In this document: in pieces, positions 1 through 13,021 of the stretch | How the letters are laid out: every line of letters begins with the position of its first letter | Position numbering within the stretch: the stretch's first letter is position 1 | Origin: Syncephalis fuscata S228 | Taxonomy: Eukaryota; Fungi; Zoopagomycota | DNA: 64,000 nt | Assembly: GCA_025786725.1 (NCBI GenBank) | Contig: JAHLTZ010000005.1 | Location: 558,001-622,000, forward strand | Direction: 5' to 3' | The notes under the pieces: generated by a model | Told to the model about the DNA's origin: nothing | Seen by the model: only the letters and a program-made list of their open reading frames with translations | The model's database searches: none | Made by a program: the position numbers and the translations under genes

Positions 1-1184
1 AGGAAAGAGTTGCTGCTAATCGAAAAAAAGCTAAGGAACGACGTGAAGAAGCATTACGAAAAGCCGGGATTAGCAGCACGAGTCAACCAGCAGCCCCTAC
101 TGACGGCAATGGTACCGACTCTAATAAGCGAAAGCGAGGCCATCGCTTTGTCGACTACGATCTATCGACGCTTAAAGACTCGCGAGGTGGCTTTATTCCG
201 GGCGATTTTTCTGACGAACGTGAACGAGCACGACGCCGCCGCGAGGATGAAATGGCCGCAGAACGAGCACGCACCCGTGTCGACGAATTACGTAGGTAGA
301 TCTTGTAGCTTTGGTGTTCGATACGCCAGTAATAACAAGCAAGCACGTTTATTTTAGCTTTTAGTATTATTTCTTCGTCAGACAATCCTCATTGCGCCCA
401 TTGTGAGTCATTTGACTTGGACCCGGAATTCTATAGTGTGTTCCATGTATCGGTGTGTAGAAGCTGTAAAAACGAACTGCCCGAGAAGTACAGTTTACTA
501 ACTAAAACAGAAGTCAAAGAGGTTGGTAAATAGTAGTATTTATTGTTGTTGTTGTTGTTAATTAGTTTAACGTGCATTATTAGGATTATTTATTAACTGA
601 TGGTAGGCATACTTGCACATCCATGCCATATACTAGCTATTGACTGAGTGTAGAGGAACTGCGTGATACAGAAGTGATGCAACATTTGTTACGAGCCAAT
701 CCACATAAAGCAACTTGGAGTAACATGATGCTTTATTTACGCGCTCAGGTAAACTTTACGTATAAATAGAAGCAGAGTCTGCTTCAGTGATATTTAATAG
801 ATTATAAATGTATTAATACCGATACTTATTAGGTTGAGGCATTTGCTTTTAAGAAATGGGGTGGTCCCGAGGGACTTGACGCAGAATGGGCAAAGCGTGA
901 AGAAGAAAAGAAACGAAAACGAGATGAAAAGTTTAAGAAAAAGCTTACAGGTAGGTAGTGGCAGTTTATTAATAAATAAATAAATAAAGCCCATTAATTA
1001 TAATGATACGGTATTTATCGTAGATTTACGTAGACGAACACGGGCTAGTGAATACAAAAAGCTACGAGTTAACGATACAAAACATGTCCACGTTTATGAC
1101 GAAGCCGAAACAGATGAAGCAACAGGCGATTCAATACAACGATGTAGGGAATGTGGAATGACCGTTACTATAGATGAATTTTAA
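1..1184 (+). CDS. RAD14: DNA damage recognition protein XPA/Rad14 (5'-truncated by window edge, multi-exon)
   Basis: Spliced translation gives [16 protein letters not shown], a C4 zinc finger CAHC...[22 protein letters not shown], a short exon DYLLTD, then [36 protein letters not shown] and C-terminal HVH...CRECG; stop TAA at 1182-1184. Confidence 0.92.
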
Positions 1185-1214
1185 CATCAAATAAACTTTT
1201 TATTGTTATCACTG

Positions 1215-3450
1215 TTAAACTGTGCCAAAATAACGATCTATAGTATATTCAACGGTTAATTAAAAGTCTATAATCGTATAAATGAATAAGACCTACCACC
1301 AAAGTTACCCATACCCGGTTCAATGTATAGATTGTCCAAGGAGAGTCCTGGATCAACCATTGATGTCACAATCCTCACTTTGGGGAATGCTTTGGCAATA
1401 GAGTGTAATCCTATAGGATAAAATGGTTAATTGCTAAATAATGTTTATTCTATAAGTCACATGATGACTTACCTTGTGGCGCTGACAATAAAGATAAAAA
1501 TATAATACGATCCTAATCATTAATATCAATTATTAGCTATGATTAGATATAATAGCTGCAAATATACCTCGGCCACATCATGATCCAATAAAACACGAAT
1601 AGCCATAATACCGGCTGCTCCTGTCGCAATAGTTGCATCCTAATATAGACGTAAATAATAATTAGTGTGTCATTAACTATTAGCATACCATTAAAAAGAC
1701 GTAGCGATCACCAATATTGGACGGCAAAATAAGATGATGTAACTAGCCAATGGAGTAATATAGTATATTTACATTAATAACCTGTTTCTTTAAGCATTTT
1801 TTATACTGCTTTAACACTTACTTGAGGTTCTCCAGTTTTTGAATCCGATTGAATTAACATACGGCCAAGTGGTACATCTTTGACTACTTTACGTAGACTG
1901 ACCTCCATGGGTAGACCAGCTCGAACAATCGACACACCACACAACTAAAACAGACATCATTATAATAAATAATGGCTATCAACTATCTATTAAATGGTAT
2001 TTACCTTGGTATAGGCTTGTTCACCTGCAAATGGTTGATTTATCGGGGTAACTACTTCAATCTTAGTAAATGGTAATAAAGATAAACCCCTAGTAGTATA
2101 CACCAATAAATATATTAATAACAATGAATAGTTGGTATAATGGTGATAGAAGTTATCCAATAATATACTTACTGCTCGACAACTAGATTGGATAATCTTT
2201 CGGAATAAAATATAAAATCATCACGTTCTGTTTCATGGTTACGTAGAATTGTATGAATAGCCTAAATTATCATTACCATTATCATTATTATTTATTATGT
2301 AAATTTATATAATTAAAGTAAATATTTACCTTAAGCTGAGAAGTCTGCTTAAGAATCTTCACATTATCAGGCACCGCGTCAAGATTATTGCAACCACGTG
2401 CCAATGTCCATCTAAATGAAAAGCGACGTTCTCTTAATTGACGCTGTACATGCTTGGCAATCAAATCAATGGCAATATGATTATCCAATCCTCGAGGAAT
2501 AATCTATTATAACAACAGTCTAGTTAGTATTGCTATTATTTGTAGATTAATATACTTACAACATCGGCATTTTGAATAGTTGGATGGACATATTGATCAT
2601 ACATTGGCTTGACAAATCGTTCATATTGCTAATATTACATAATTAGCTGTCATTGCTTATAAATAAATAAATAAATCTCTTATTACATCAATAACCCCAC
2701 GTAATTCACGACTACGTTCACAGATATCGCGTTTCACTAATCATCGTATGTATTCATTATGTTAATGTGTATAGTTGCCATTGTTGTAATATTAATACAA
2801 ACATACTTCGTCGAGCCAATCGAACATCTGCATCAGTATCAACAAATATCTAGTAGAATAGCGTTTTAATGGGTTGTGATTAATAATATAGTTATTGTAT
2901 CCTGTTACCTTTAAATCCATCAAATCCATCAACTTTTTATCATATAGCGTAAAAATGCCTTCAACAATAATAACATTGGCACCATAAATAGTCTGCGTTT
3001 TATTCAATCTAATTTATCATTAATGGCTATAATGGCTATAATATAAACTATAGATAATTACCTTGAATGGGTTGAAAAGTCATAGACGGGAATCTCGACT
3101 GATTTTCTATAATCAATACAATTAATACAATTGCCATTTGTATAGTAATGATTTATTTAATTATTTACCCTTGTTTTAACTTGCTTACACATTCCACCAT
3201 AACTTCATAGTCAAAAGCGTTAGGATGATCAAAGTTGTACATACTAATAAAGTATTAGTATAAATACATTGAATAATAAGTGGTCATGCACAAATCACAC
3301 ACACATATATATATACATACTTTTGAAAGGCCTTTGCGCTTTGTTCTGGATTCAGTGCGTTATAAAATGAATCCATACTGACAATAATCACCCAAGGTAC
3401 ATTAAGAATCTGAATAATACGTCTATAATAAACAACAATAACAACAATCA

Positions 3451-3488
<38 letters not shown>

Positions 3489-3873
3489 GGGCTTTAAAAT
3501 GTAATATTATTAACAATATGATAGTCTTAATTACCTTGATACACTTGTTTTGCCACTGGCACTACCACCTAAACATAGAGGAATTTGTCATTATGAGTGA
3601 CGACTGAGCTATAGGCTAGCCTATCGCTATTTATTCTACTACTAACCTGCCACGCCAATAACATAACAGTCGCAATTCTGACCGTCTGCCCTGTATTTTA
3701 ACGCGTATTACTATACTGTTTGCTATGGCTATTCATGATTAAAACAGTTATATTACCTGTACCAAGGACTAGTACACAGTACCTCGTTAATACCTCATTT
3801 GCAATTGTCCTTAGTACTTACTTGCGACCAGCTCCTACAGCATAAAGTTTTTATTCTTTGAATCTACCGTCAT
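1215..3873 (-). CDS. URK1: Uridine kinase with C-terminal UPRT-like domain (many short exons; start approximate)
   Basis: Spliced pieces include the P-loop GGSASGKT, NFDHPNAF, IIVEGIF, DNHIAIDLI, SIVRAG and a terminal PGMGNFGDRYFGTV*. The ATG at 3873 needs a 1-nt insertion in an A-run to be in frame. Confidence 0.88.
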
Positions 3874-4118
3874 GATGAAGAGTATTCAGTTATACGCTAC
3901 AGTCAGTTATCTGTGTGTGTGTTCGTTTGTTATGGTGTTTGTTATGCGGGGTCAATAAGTGTTAACCGCCGCGAATAAAAGAGAAGTGAAAAGTGTTGAA
4001 CTAAAATAAACATTATAATAACAATCCTATTCATATTAATATGAATATTAATCACGTTGTTACACTTTTCTTTTTTTGCTTTTTATTATTTTATTTTATT
4101 CTTTCACTACTATTAGAC

Positions 4119-5871
4119 ATGTCTAAACCATCACAGTTAAAGGTCAGGACAAGAGCTTGTGAGAATGTCGAAGATACTGTTGCTGTTAAAAAAGCCAAGA
4201 CTACTACAACCATCAATAGCAGTAGTAGCAGTAGTAGCAGTCACAATAGCAACAATAGCAATCATACTAGCAAAGGTCCGTCTGCTTCAACTGGACGGTT
4301 TTACGCATGTACCTATCCTGAATGTACCAAAACTTATAAAAAACCATGTAGACTCGAGGAACATATTCGTTCCCATACAAATGAGGTATGTATACGCAAA
4401 ACAACTAGCCATACTAGTTGTAACTATTGGTTACTGGTTATATATATTACGGCGAGTAATTAACATAACAAATACAAATACAAATACAAATATGCAATAG
4501 CGTCCATTTGCTTGTGAATATCCTGAATGCAACAAAAGATTTCTAAGAGCCACTCATTTACAAGCACACTATCGTACACACGACCCAAATCATGAACGTG
4601 CATTTATATGTGACATCGATACATGTCAGAAGCGATTTGCCACCCGTACACGCCTAGACCGACATAAAACAATTCATTATAGACCATTTAAAGTAGGTAT
4701 AGCTATAGATATTTGACCATTTTTGTTTATTTATAATCACAACAGTGTCAGCTAGATGGCTGCAATGAAGCATTTAATAGTGAAGTACGACTGCATTTTC
4801 ATCTTTGTCGCCATGATAATCGATTGCCTTATGCATGTCCTCATCCCGAGTGTGACATGGCATTTCGCACACCATATGATTTGAATCGACATTTTATTCG
4901 ACATTCTAGTAAGTGGTTAAATGGCAAAGTAGACTAAATCTTACACTTGTCATTATAGATAGTCGTATTTACATGTGTGGAAGACCGGGATGTGATCAAT
5001 CATTTAGCCAGCTGTCATTACTACAACAACATATTCGTCAAGATCATATACTGGCCTGTGATCAATGTGGCGAAACATTTAAACGACCCGAATATTTAAA
5101 ACAGCATCATTTGACACATAATCCCGAACCAGAAATAATGACCTGTCCCTATCCTGACTGCACAAACAGTATATAAGTGTAAGTATACAGTATACAGTAT
5201 ATTAGGTTCTGGATAGGATTGCTGATCCATTATCACAGAGAAGCGGTTTGAGTACACACATTCGAGTAACGCACGAACAAAAGGCGCGATTTGAGTGTGA
5301 AGTTTGTGGTCAACAATTTGGCTATAAACATGTATTACAAAAACACTCACGTCAACACATTTGCTCGCCTAATAATGATGGTGTAAGCTATTGCTTGAGT
5401 TTAATAACGATGTGGTAACCAAGTATTGACTTTTAGACATTACATAAGACGCTTGATATTAATACTACAAATATACCGCTAACTGGCGTCTCATCCATTG
5501 CAAGCTCTTCTTCATCTTCACTAGTCGATGATCTAACAGGCGCTGGATATGCCGAAGATCCAAAACGGCGCTTTTTTTGCCTGGTACCCGGTTGTTTACA
5601 TCGATTTGGGCGATTCTACGATTTGGATCGCCATTGTCGTAGTGTCCATCCCGAGCTGAATGGCGGCTATAGCGTGGACCCACACAGTCATGATAGCATA
5701 GCGACTTTACTAACCGATGCGCCTTCGCCTTTAGCCATCGAGCAAACGATGCGTGAGGTTATCTGGGACGACATGGCTTTAGAAGAAAACGATGAGTTGG
5801 TACAACCTATTGGTACAAATAACTCCATTGAATCCATATTGGATATATATTCTACTATTCAATCAAATTGA
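4119..5871 (+). CDS. Transcription factor IIIA-like multi-C2H2 zinc-finger protein
   Basis: Tandem C2H2 fingers (YACTYPEC..RLEEHIRSHTNERPFACEYPEC..., CGRPGC..H..H, CDQC..H..H) plus the fungal TFIIIA-type C-terminal LTGAGY...C..PGC..RF.R.YDL.RH motif. Confidence 0.8.
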
Positions 5872-6018
5872 TACTATATATAATAAACCCATTATTAGTC
5901 TTTTCAATATCAAAGACTAATAATAATTAAATAATTCAACAATATTCCTTTAGATAAAAATGGTAAATCAAGCAAGTCTAAAAGCAATAAATAATACAAT
6001 TATAATTTTATTTTCATC

Positions 6019-7345
6019 GTTATTGTCCTGCACTCGTACATTCGCTACTCATTCATATCATCCCATTTATATTAATTCTGTTTATTCTCTATAGGCTTCA
6101 ACGTGCTTTACTCACTGCAGCCGTATACTTTTCATTCTTCATTTGTTATGTTTTATACTATTTCAAGCTTATTTAACATTGTTTTATGCAGAGCTGTTGT
6201 TTGTTTAGTGCTAGCTTTACATGTTGCAGATTTGAATATTTTGTTTATTGCGTCATACTAGCAATCATATTTGTTAACAGAATCACCATTCAACTTTATT
6301 TTTGAAAGAACAAATGTTTAGTTCAATTGCACGCCTATTATCAAATATTGTTTTTGACTCACGATCACATCAGTTTATAATAAATTGCTGATAAAACAAA
6401 CCGCATAATAGTATTAAATAATACACAGCATACTATATGATTAACGTGTTTCATTTAACTTATCAATAAACTGCAGTGTCCACACATTGAAGTTAAAGCT
6501 AAAAGTAAAATCGTACACGGTATGTATGTATTAGTTTGATAACAATGGCATAGCCAATAACATAATAACACAATAAACTACTAATGCCGTTATTCAAATG
6601 AGTAGTGTATTGTAATTACACCAGATGTAACTAACTGTAATGCATTTATACTTACAGAAAACGACGCTCTATTTAACTAGTAAAAAGTGATAGTATATGA
6701 TAGTAGTATTGCAATACAAATATAATAACTAGATGGTGTATTAAAACAATGGAGAAACGAATATGCTGACTATCCAAGAGATAGGCACATAATCACAAGA
6801 AGCAATGATAGAACGGCACATGACATAGTTTATCAACCACTTCAGTGTAGTTTATTTATGCTATGCATTTAGCTATGCCATACTGTTAGTAAAACTTGTT
6901 TGAAAAGATGATGTGTGGCATAGAATGCTTGTTATAAAATTTATAACAAGCATGTATAATACAGTTGGTACATGTTAAATTAGTGCATCAAGAATAGCCG
7001 ACGAGAATGAAGCAAACAACAAAAACCAGCAATATCCAATGATATGATCTTTTAATTTAACTAATTGTGGAGGCTTTAAACTAATAATCAAAATATCTTT
7101 TTTTATATGTAAACTGTGCTGTATTTGTTTCTATTCAAACTTAGTAAGCTAGAATCTTTCATTTCAGTTTAAGATCCTCATTCAGGATACCACTTTGTCA
7201 TATCAAACTACAATAAAGATCAAACCTAAGTATTTATAAAGTTTTTACTTTTAAACATTAACTTATTTGCATTGAAAACACAACGTTTTAAGAACATTGG
7301 AAACATGTACAAGTGTCACCATGAATTGGCCAATTATGCAGCCAA
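6019..7345. repeat. ~1.3-kb segment, inverted copy of 52146-53473 (downstream flank and last codons of aminoacylase copy 1)
   Basis: Reverse complement of 53401-53473 matches 6019-6090; 52146-52200 matches 7290-7345; colinear throughout with scattered substitutions. Confidence 0.93.
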
Positions 7346-8828
7346 ATTCTTTATTAGCGCTTTGTATTTTGTAATAGCTTTTAGGTATACACTTTCATAA
7401 GCAAACTCATTATTGGAGTGACTCAATTTAGGTGTGTTTGGTAACATAGAAATACCAAATGCTGGTATACCAATTGCGCGCAAATAACGAGCATCAGTGG
7501 CACCAATACCAATTATTGGACGCGGAGCAATGTCTAAATCCTTATAAGTATTTTGAATGATATTCCACCAGACATTTTTATCATCTAATGGCATGAGAAC
7601 AGGCTCAATACGACCATGTTTGTATGTAATTGTTACGCTATGATTTGTAATTATAAGTAAAGCAATATCATATTGTTAAACAACCTACTTGTATTTGACG
7701 GCAAGATCGTCTAACCATTTTGAAAGCTTTTTGGTGTCAGTCTTTGGTGTTACGCGTAAATCAAACGTAGCTTCCATCTCAGAAGGCACGACGTTAAATT
7801 GGATGCCACCTTTTAGCATGGTGAGGTTGATGGAACTAACATCAGAAATATGCAGTTTGCCATTATGACTTCCGTTGTTCAAAAGCTTCTCTTGCTCATC
7901 GCTGAATTTAAGCAGCTCATTAGCAATTCCCATTAGCTTCTTTGCAGCTGTATTTTTAATAAACTTGCTGCCATGCCCAGTAGCTCCAGTCGCTTTGACA
8001 GTGAAAGGCCATGGTGCGCGTTCTCCATACATGACATTATGTACATTATATATACTGGTACCAGCTTCATCCAAAGCAACTCCAATGTTCAAGTCGTTGA
8101 ACTCTTTCGTCTTGCAAAATACGGCCATGCCTGTGGCTCCTCCAAGTTCTTCATCTGGCACATATGTAAGATGTAGTGTGCGACGTGGTTGCCATCCATC
8201 TTGTTTAAGTCTTCGTAATGCTTCGATATAGCTAGATGTCTGGTTAGTTGCGGTAATTGGATTTTATACATGTACTTACGAAATGCCGACTACCTTCATG
8301 TCTTGCGTGCCACGCCCAAATATTTTGTAGTCGCCGTTGTCTTGTCGTACACGTTCAGCGGCAAATGGATCGTGTGTCCATTGGTCCTAGTTACTAGTTA
8401 GTACAAATTGGTTGTGTATATTGTTACTATCAGTCGATGGATACCTTAAACACCGGCACAACGTCAGTATGCGAATTAAGCATAATGCTTGGTAAACTAG
8501 CATCGGTGCCAGTCCATGTAAGAATGGCCACCGGCTTATTTGCAACTGGCTCCACAGTTTTGAACGATAGAGTGATTTCATCGGCCAGTTGTTTCAGAAA
8601 TGTCATGGCCGATTTGTAGTCTGGATTTGGCTGCTCGGTACGAATACGTATGTAGTCTTGAAAGTTCTTTACAGCCGTAGCATCGCTGGCACTTTGATCC
8701 ACATCGGATTTAGCGGCGGGCATAGCAGTGGTGTATGTGACTGCATTAGCCAAAATAGCGGCACCAATAATTCCAATAGCCCATAGACGGCTTATGTCAA
8801 ATATAATGAAGATGGCCATAAATGACAA
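7334..8828 (-). CDS. ACY1: Aminoacylase-1-like M20A metallopeptidase, copy 1, with hydrophobic N-terminus
   Basis: SIMLNSHTDVVPV, GRGTQDMK, TYVPDEELGG, ALDEA, GHGS, NLTMLKGGIQFNVVP, ATDARYLR; three introns. Confidence 0.9.
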
Positions 8829-9600
8829 TACAATATTTTGAATATATAAAGCTTATTTTTATAAGAAGAAATTGTAATAACAATCGATCAAAGTACAATT
8901 AATTCACTGGATTGAATTTAAGGTAGTAAGTATTGACAAAGACAAAGTAAATGAAATGATATGGCAATAATTGCTGCTAAAGCACAAACGTATGCGTGGA
9001 TGGGTACTAAGTGCAGCAAAAGCATTGTAGCGCCTGTATAGTCACACAATACCTCATGCATCCTAACTTGAGCAATTCAAAGTCGTATTTCTAGATTTAG
9101 TTTAGTGTTTGCATGACAACAAACATTTATACTAGAGCCTGATAATCAAGTTTTACATAGCATGGTATTGCAATTTCTTGTTTTTTACTACTTCTGCAGC
9201 AGTTTGCAGGGAACAAAATGGAGTTTTTATACATTTTTAATTTTTTTATCTTGGATTACATATATACTAAAATAGCATTAGTCCATATTTTTAAATTGTA
9301 ATGTGTATAAATAGACCAGTTCTTAAAGTGTAAGCGTATAGCGTTGTGTTTTGTATTTTATGTCTAAACATTAAATAGCACATATTCAAGTATTTTAAAT
9401 GTATTTAGCTTTCATTCAGACTGTTAAACGTTTATTAATTTAATTATTCTAATAATGTACAATATACTGTCGTTGAGATAATATATTTTTGCAATTGTTA
9501 AAAAAGCTGAGTGATGAGTGAAATCAGGAATTAAAATAGCAAATATTGATGTTACTTAATAGAATAATAAACAAAATGTTAAATACACTGTTTTTATTGC

Positions 9601-11016
9601 CTATTGATTTTGCTGCTCCCATTCCTGATGAAGTAATTCTAAGGGCCATCGAGTACGAATGTCAATGTTATAATTATCGATATAGCCACGCTGTAGCCGT
9701 TCTATGCCAGCCCAAGCAATCATAATGCCATTATCGGTACACAGTTTAGCTGGCGGGCAAATTAGTGGCACATCATTGGTATGAGCAAGTTTTTCCAGTC
9801 TATTCATGGCACATCCTTAATTAGCATGGATGTCACATTATTAACTATAATAGAAATGCACTTACTCGATACGAATAGCCTTGTTGCTAGCAACACCGCC
9901 ACTAACAACAAGCGAAGTAATTGGAATACTTTGCTGCTTTGTCCAAAGAAATCCTTTTTTTAATTTATCGACTAAATGTGTAATGGCTGTTTGTTGGAAA
10001 GCAGCTGCCATATCCGCTTTCCATTGCTGTCGCTGCAAATCCGAATCATCGTTATTTGTTTTGGGTAATAAACGAGCAACGGCCGTTTTTAATCCAGCAA
10101 AACTGAAATCCATTGATGCAGCTCTACTAGCATGGCGCATCGGTACAGGTAGCGAGAATCGTGCAGGATCGCCATTACACGCCAGACTCTCCAAAGCGGC
10201 GCCCGCCCCACCACCACGACCATGCAGCCATGGGATCTCAAGTAGTCGGGCTACTTTATCGTAGGCCTCACCGATAGCATCGTCAAGCGTCGTTCCGAGC
10301 TGTGTATAGTGATTAACGTCGTGGACCACAAGCAGTAGTGTATGTCCACCACTAATAAGTAGACATAAAAATGGGAATTTTGGCATTACTTCCTCAGTCA
10401 TCCTTGCCATTAAGGCGTGACCTTCCTAAGTGTCATACGGTAAATTATACATGATATAATTAAAACACGACTTTTTCTTTATAAATACTTACCATGTGAT
10501 TAACACCAATTAATGGCTTACTATTAATAAAAATTGTTAATAGCTGTACTTTAACGAATCAATAATGCTGTTTACTTACTCTAATACAGCAGCAAGTGTT
10601 TTGGCCGCATTCATACCAACGCTAAGACAAGCATGAATGCCAGGCCCGCGTGTCACTGCTATTGCGTCAAGTTCAGCCGCCGTGATATTTGCTTGTCGTA
10701 GTGCGTCGCGTACAACACCTGGTAATTGTGCTGAATGGCTTTCAAGCGCTAAAGACGGTACAATACCGCCATGAGGTTCATGTAAACAGTGTTGCTGGTG
10801 GATAACTTCACTGAGTACAACTCGGTCAGATGTAACAATAGCTGCGCCAGTATCGTCGCAGGAAGTCTCTATGCCAAGTACTCGTTGTGGTCTGGTTGTT
10901 GTTGTTGTTGTTGCTGTTATCATTTTCCTGCCACTACTCCAGTGTCGGCGTAACGGTAGCCATGCTTGTCGCACACCATAACTAACTAATAGTTGGTGCT
11001 TATTCATGATAGCCAT
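9601..11016 (-). CDS. QRI7: Mitochondrial tRNA N6-threonylcarbamoyltransferase (Kae1/Qri7/OSGEPL1 family)
   Basis: VLGIETSCDDTGAA, IAVTRGPG, HHMEGH split by an intron, LLISGGHT, TLDDAIGEAYDK, FSFAGLKT, SGGVASN, LCTDNGIMIAW; basic N-terminal presequence-like region. Confidence 0.92.
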
Positions 11017-11175
11017 GATAGCCCTATTAACATTAATATTAACAGCAATAATAAGTAGTAACGGTTTTTGTATCAAACAAAGTATTTCCCAAAAAAAACA
11101 AGAGAAAGTTAGAAAAAACAGTTTTTTATTTCGGGGTGTTTTCTTTTCCGTAAAAACAGTCATTTTAAATTGAAT

Positions 11176-11702
11176 TATTTGTAATGAACTAGCTTTTATT
11201 ATATTATATTTGATTATTTTAATATACTTATTATTATACTAAAATGTGTTCTATGTTGATGAGTGTCTTTGTGGACCAAATAGTTTTTATTATTTTACAT
11301 TGCTTGTTAATAAAACTAATTCACGTCTTAATAAATATTGACTGACCGTCTTTACAGTTTACAGTCTACGTCATCACACTTTTCTTTCATTTCTTCACAC
11401 TTGATAGCATTATTAGTAAAATGTTAACCCATACTATTATTGTTACTGTAATATTTACCAGAACGAATGTTAGTTTAATTGTATGAACACTATTAAAAAC
11501 AACTGTTAGTACAAAATAACATTAAATACTTATTCATACTACTTGATCACTTTGCTTCACTTTTTATGAAAACAATCTATTAATCACATGCCATACAATC
11601 TATGTCACATCTTTCTCTTCTCTTTATTTACACTTGAAATGACTGACCAATAAGTGAGTCAGAATGAGTGAAAAGTTTGTTATGTCAAATTATTAATATA
11701 AT
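11176..11702. repeat. ~525-bp non-coding element, inverted copy of 21205-21729
   Basis: Reverse complement of 21205-21729 aligns end to end with few substitutions or indels (e.g. GACTGACCAATAAGTGAGTCAGAATGAGT, TGTGGACCAAATAG). Confidence 0.93.
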
Positions 11703-11872
11703 TATTATGTGTATTGATATTAAAGAAAAAGAATATTAATAATAAAGCTGTCATTAAAAAAGGGGAATTAAATCTAAGCCAGTTCATTCACATTATCTCT
11801 TTCCACTTTCATTGTTTTTACGTGGCGTGAATCTATAACACTCCTATTCATCTGTCTATTTACAAAGTAACA

Positions 11873-12870
11873 ATGTACGGGCGTAGCGGCAATAGTAGTA
11901 CGGCTTTGAAGCGACTCATGACCGAATATCGAGGTAGTCTAAATAGATTTACTACTCCAATCTATACTTAACTGTTTTTAGAATTGACTATCAATCCTCC
12001 AGATGGTATCTGTGCTGGTAAGTGGACACGTATCAACAATGCCACCAGTGTATTAAACAGCAACTCGATCGTAGGTCCTATTAGCGAGGATAACTTTTTT
12101 GAGTGGGAAGCTTTAATTGCGTAAGTTATTGCGTATTAACCAACCAACCTCTATCAACAACCAGTTATTTACTCTAATATTATGACTTAAATAACTTTAG
12201 TGGTCCCAAAGGCAAGTTACTTTAAATATCCATTGTTTTTATCAATAACACCAATACTGATGTTATCGATATACTATTTGTACATTTAATTAGATACTCC
12301 ATTTGAAGGCGGTGTTTTTTCCGCTACTCTTAAATTTCCTCGGGATTATCCACTTAGTCCGCCAGTAAGTAGCGATGATCAAATTAAATACAGTAGACAT
12401 GGCACATTCATTTAAAGTATACTTACTAATGAGCAATGTTTAGACCATGACATTCACCTCTTCGATATTCCATCCAAATGTCTATCCTAATGGGGAAGTC
12501 TGTATTTCTATTCTACATGCTGTAAGTTATATTTATTTAGATTGTGCTATTCATAACACTATATACTTTTATTGACTTGATATCTGTACATCTAGCCGGG
12601 CGATGATCCAAATATGTACGAAAGTGCCTCAGAACGTTGGAGCCCCGTACAATCGGTGGAAAAGATTCTTTTATCCGTCATTAGCATGCTTGCTGAACCC
12701 AACGACGAAAGTGGTGCAAATATCGATGCCTGTGTAAGACAACAATAATACTACTATTAATCCAAATCAATTAATATTAAAACTGATCATTATAGAAAAT
12801 ATGGCGTACCGATCGAGAACAATTCAATCAGCGTGTAAGAGAATGTGTTCGACAATCGTTGGATGTTTAG
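11873..12870 (+). CDS. UBC7: Ubiquitin-conjugating enzyme E2, Ubc7/UBE2G2 type (multi-exon, includes an 11-nt exon at 12201-12211)
   Basis: [69 protein letters not shown], including the Ubc7 acidic insertion. Confidence 0.95.
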
Positions 12871-13021
12871 TAGTTATAAAGTGAATGAACGAACGAACGA
12901 ATGAATAAATAAATAAATAAATAAGCGAATAGCAAATCTTAACCAGTTATCATTCATAAATATAATTTATTCAGTTAATTAAATTAATATTTAAAAATAA
13001 AGCAAAAACGTAGACACTTTA

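Noticed and set aside
3453-3488. (ATT)n and similar microsatellites
   Set aside because: Ordinary simple repeats in AT-rich introns.
11176-11702. Classification of the 525-bp repeat as MITE or Helitron
   Set aside because: No convincing terminal inverted repeats, TSD or hairpin-plus-CTRR terminus at the homology boundaries.
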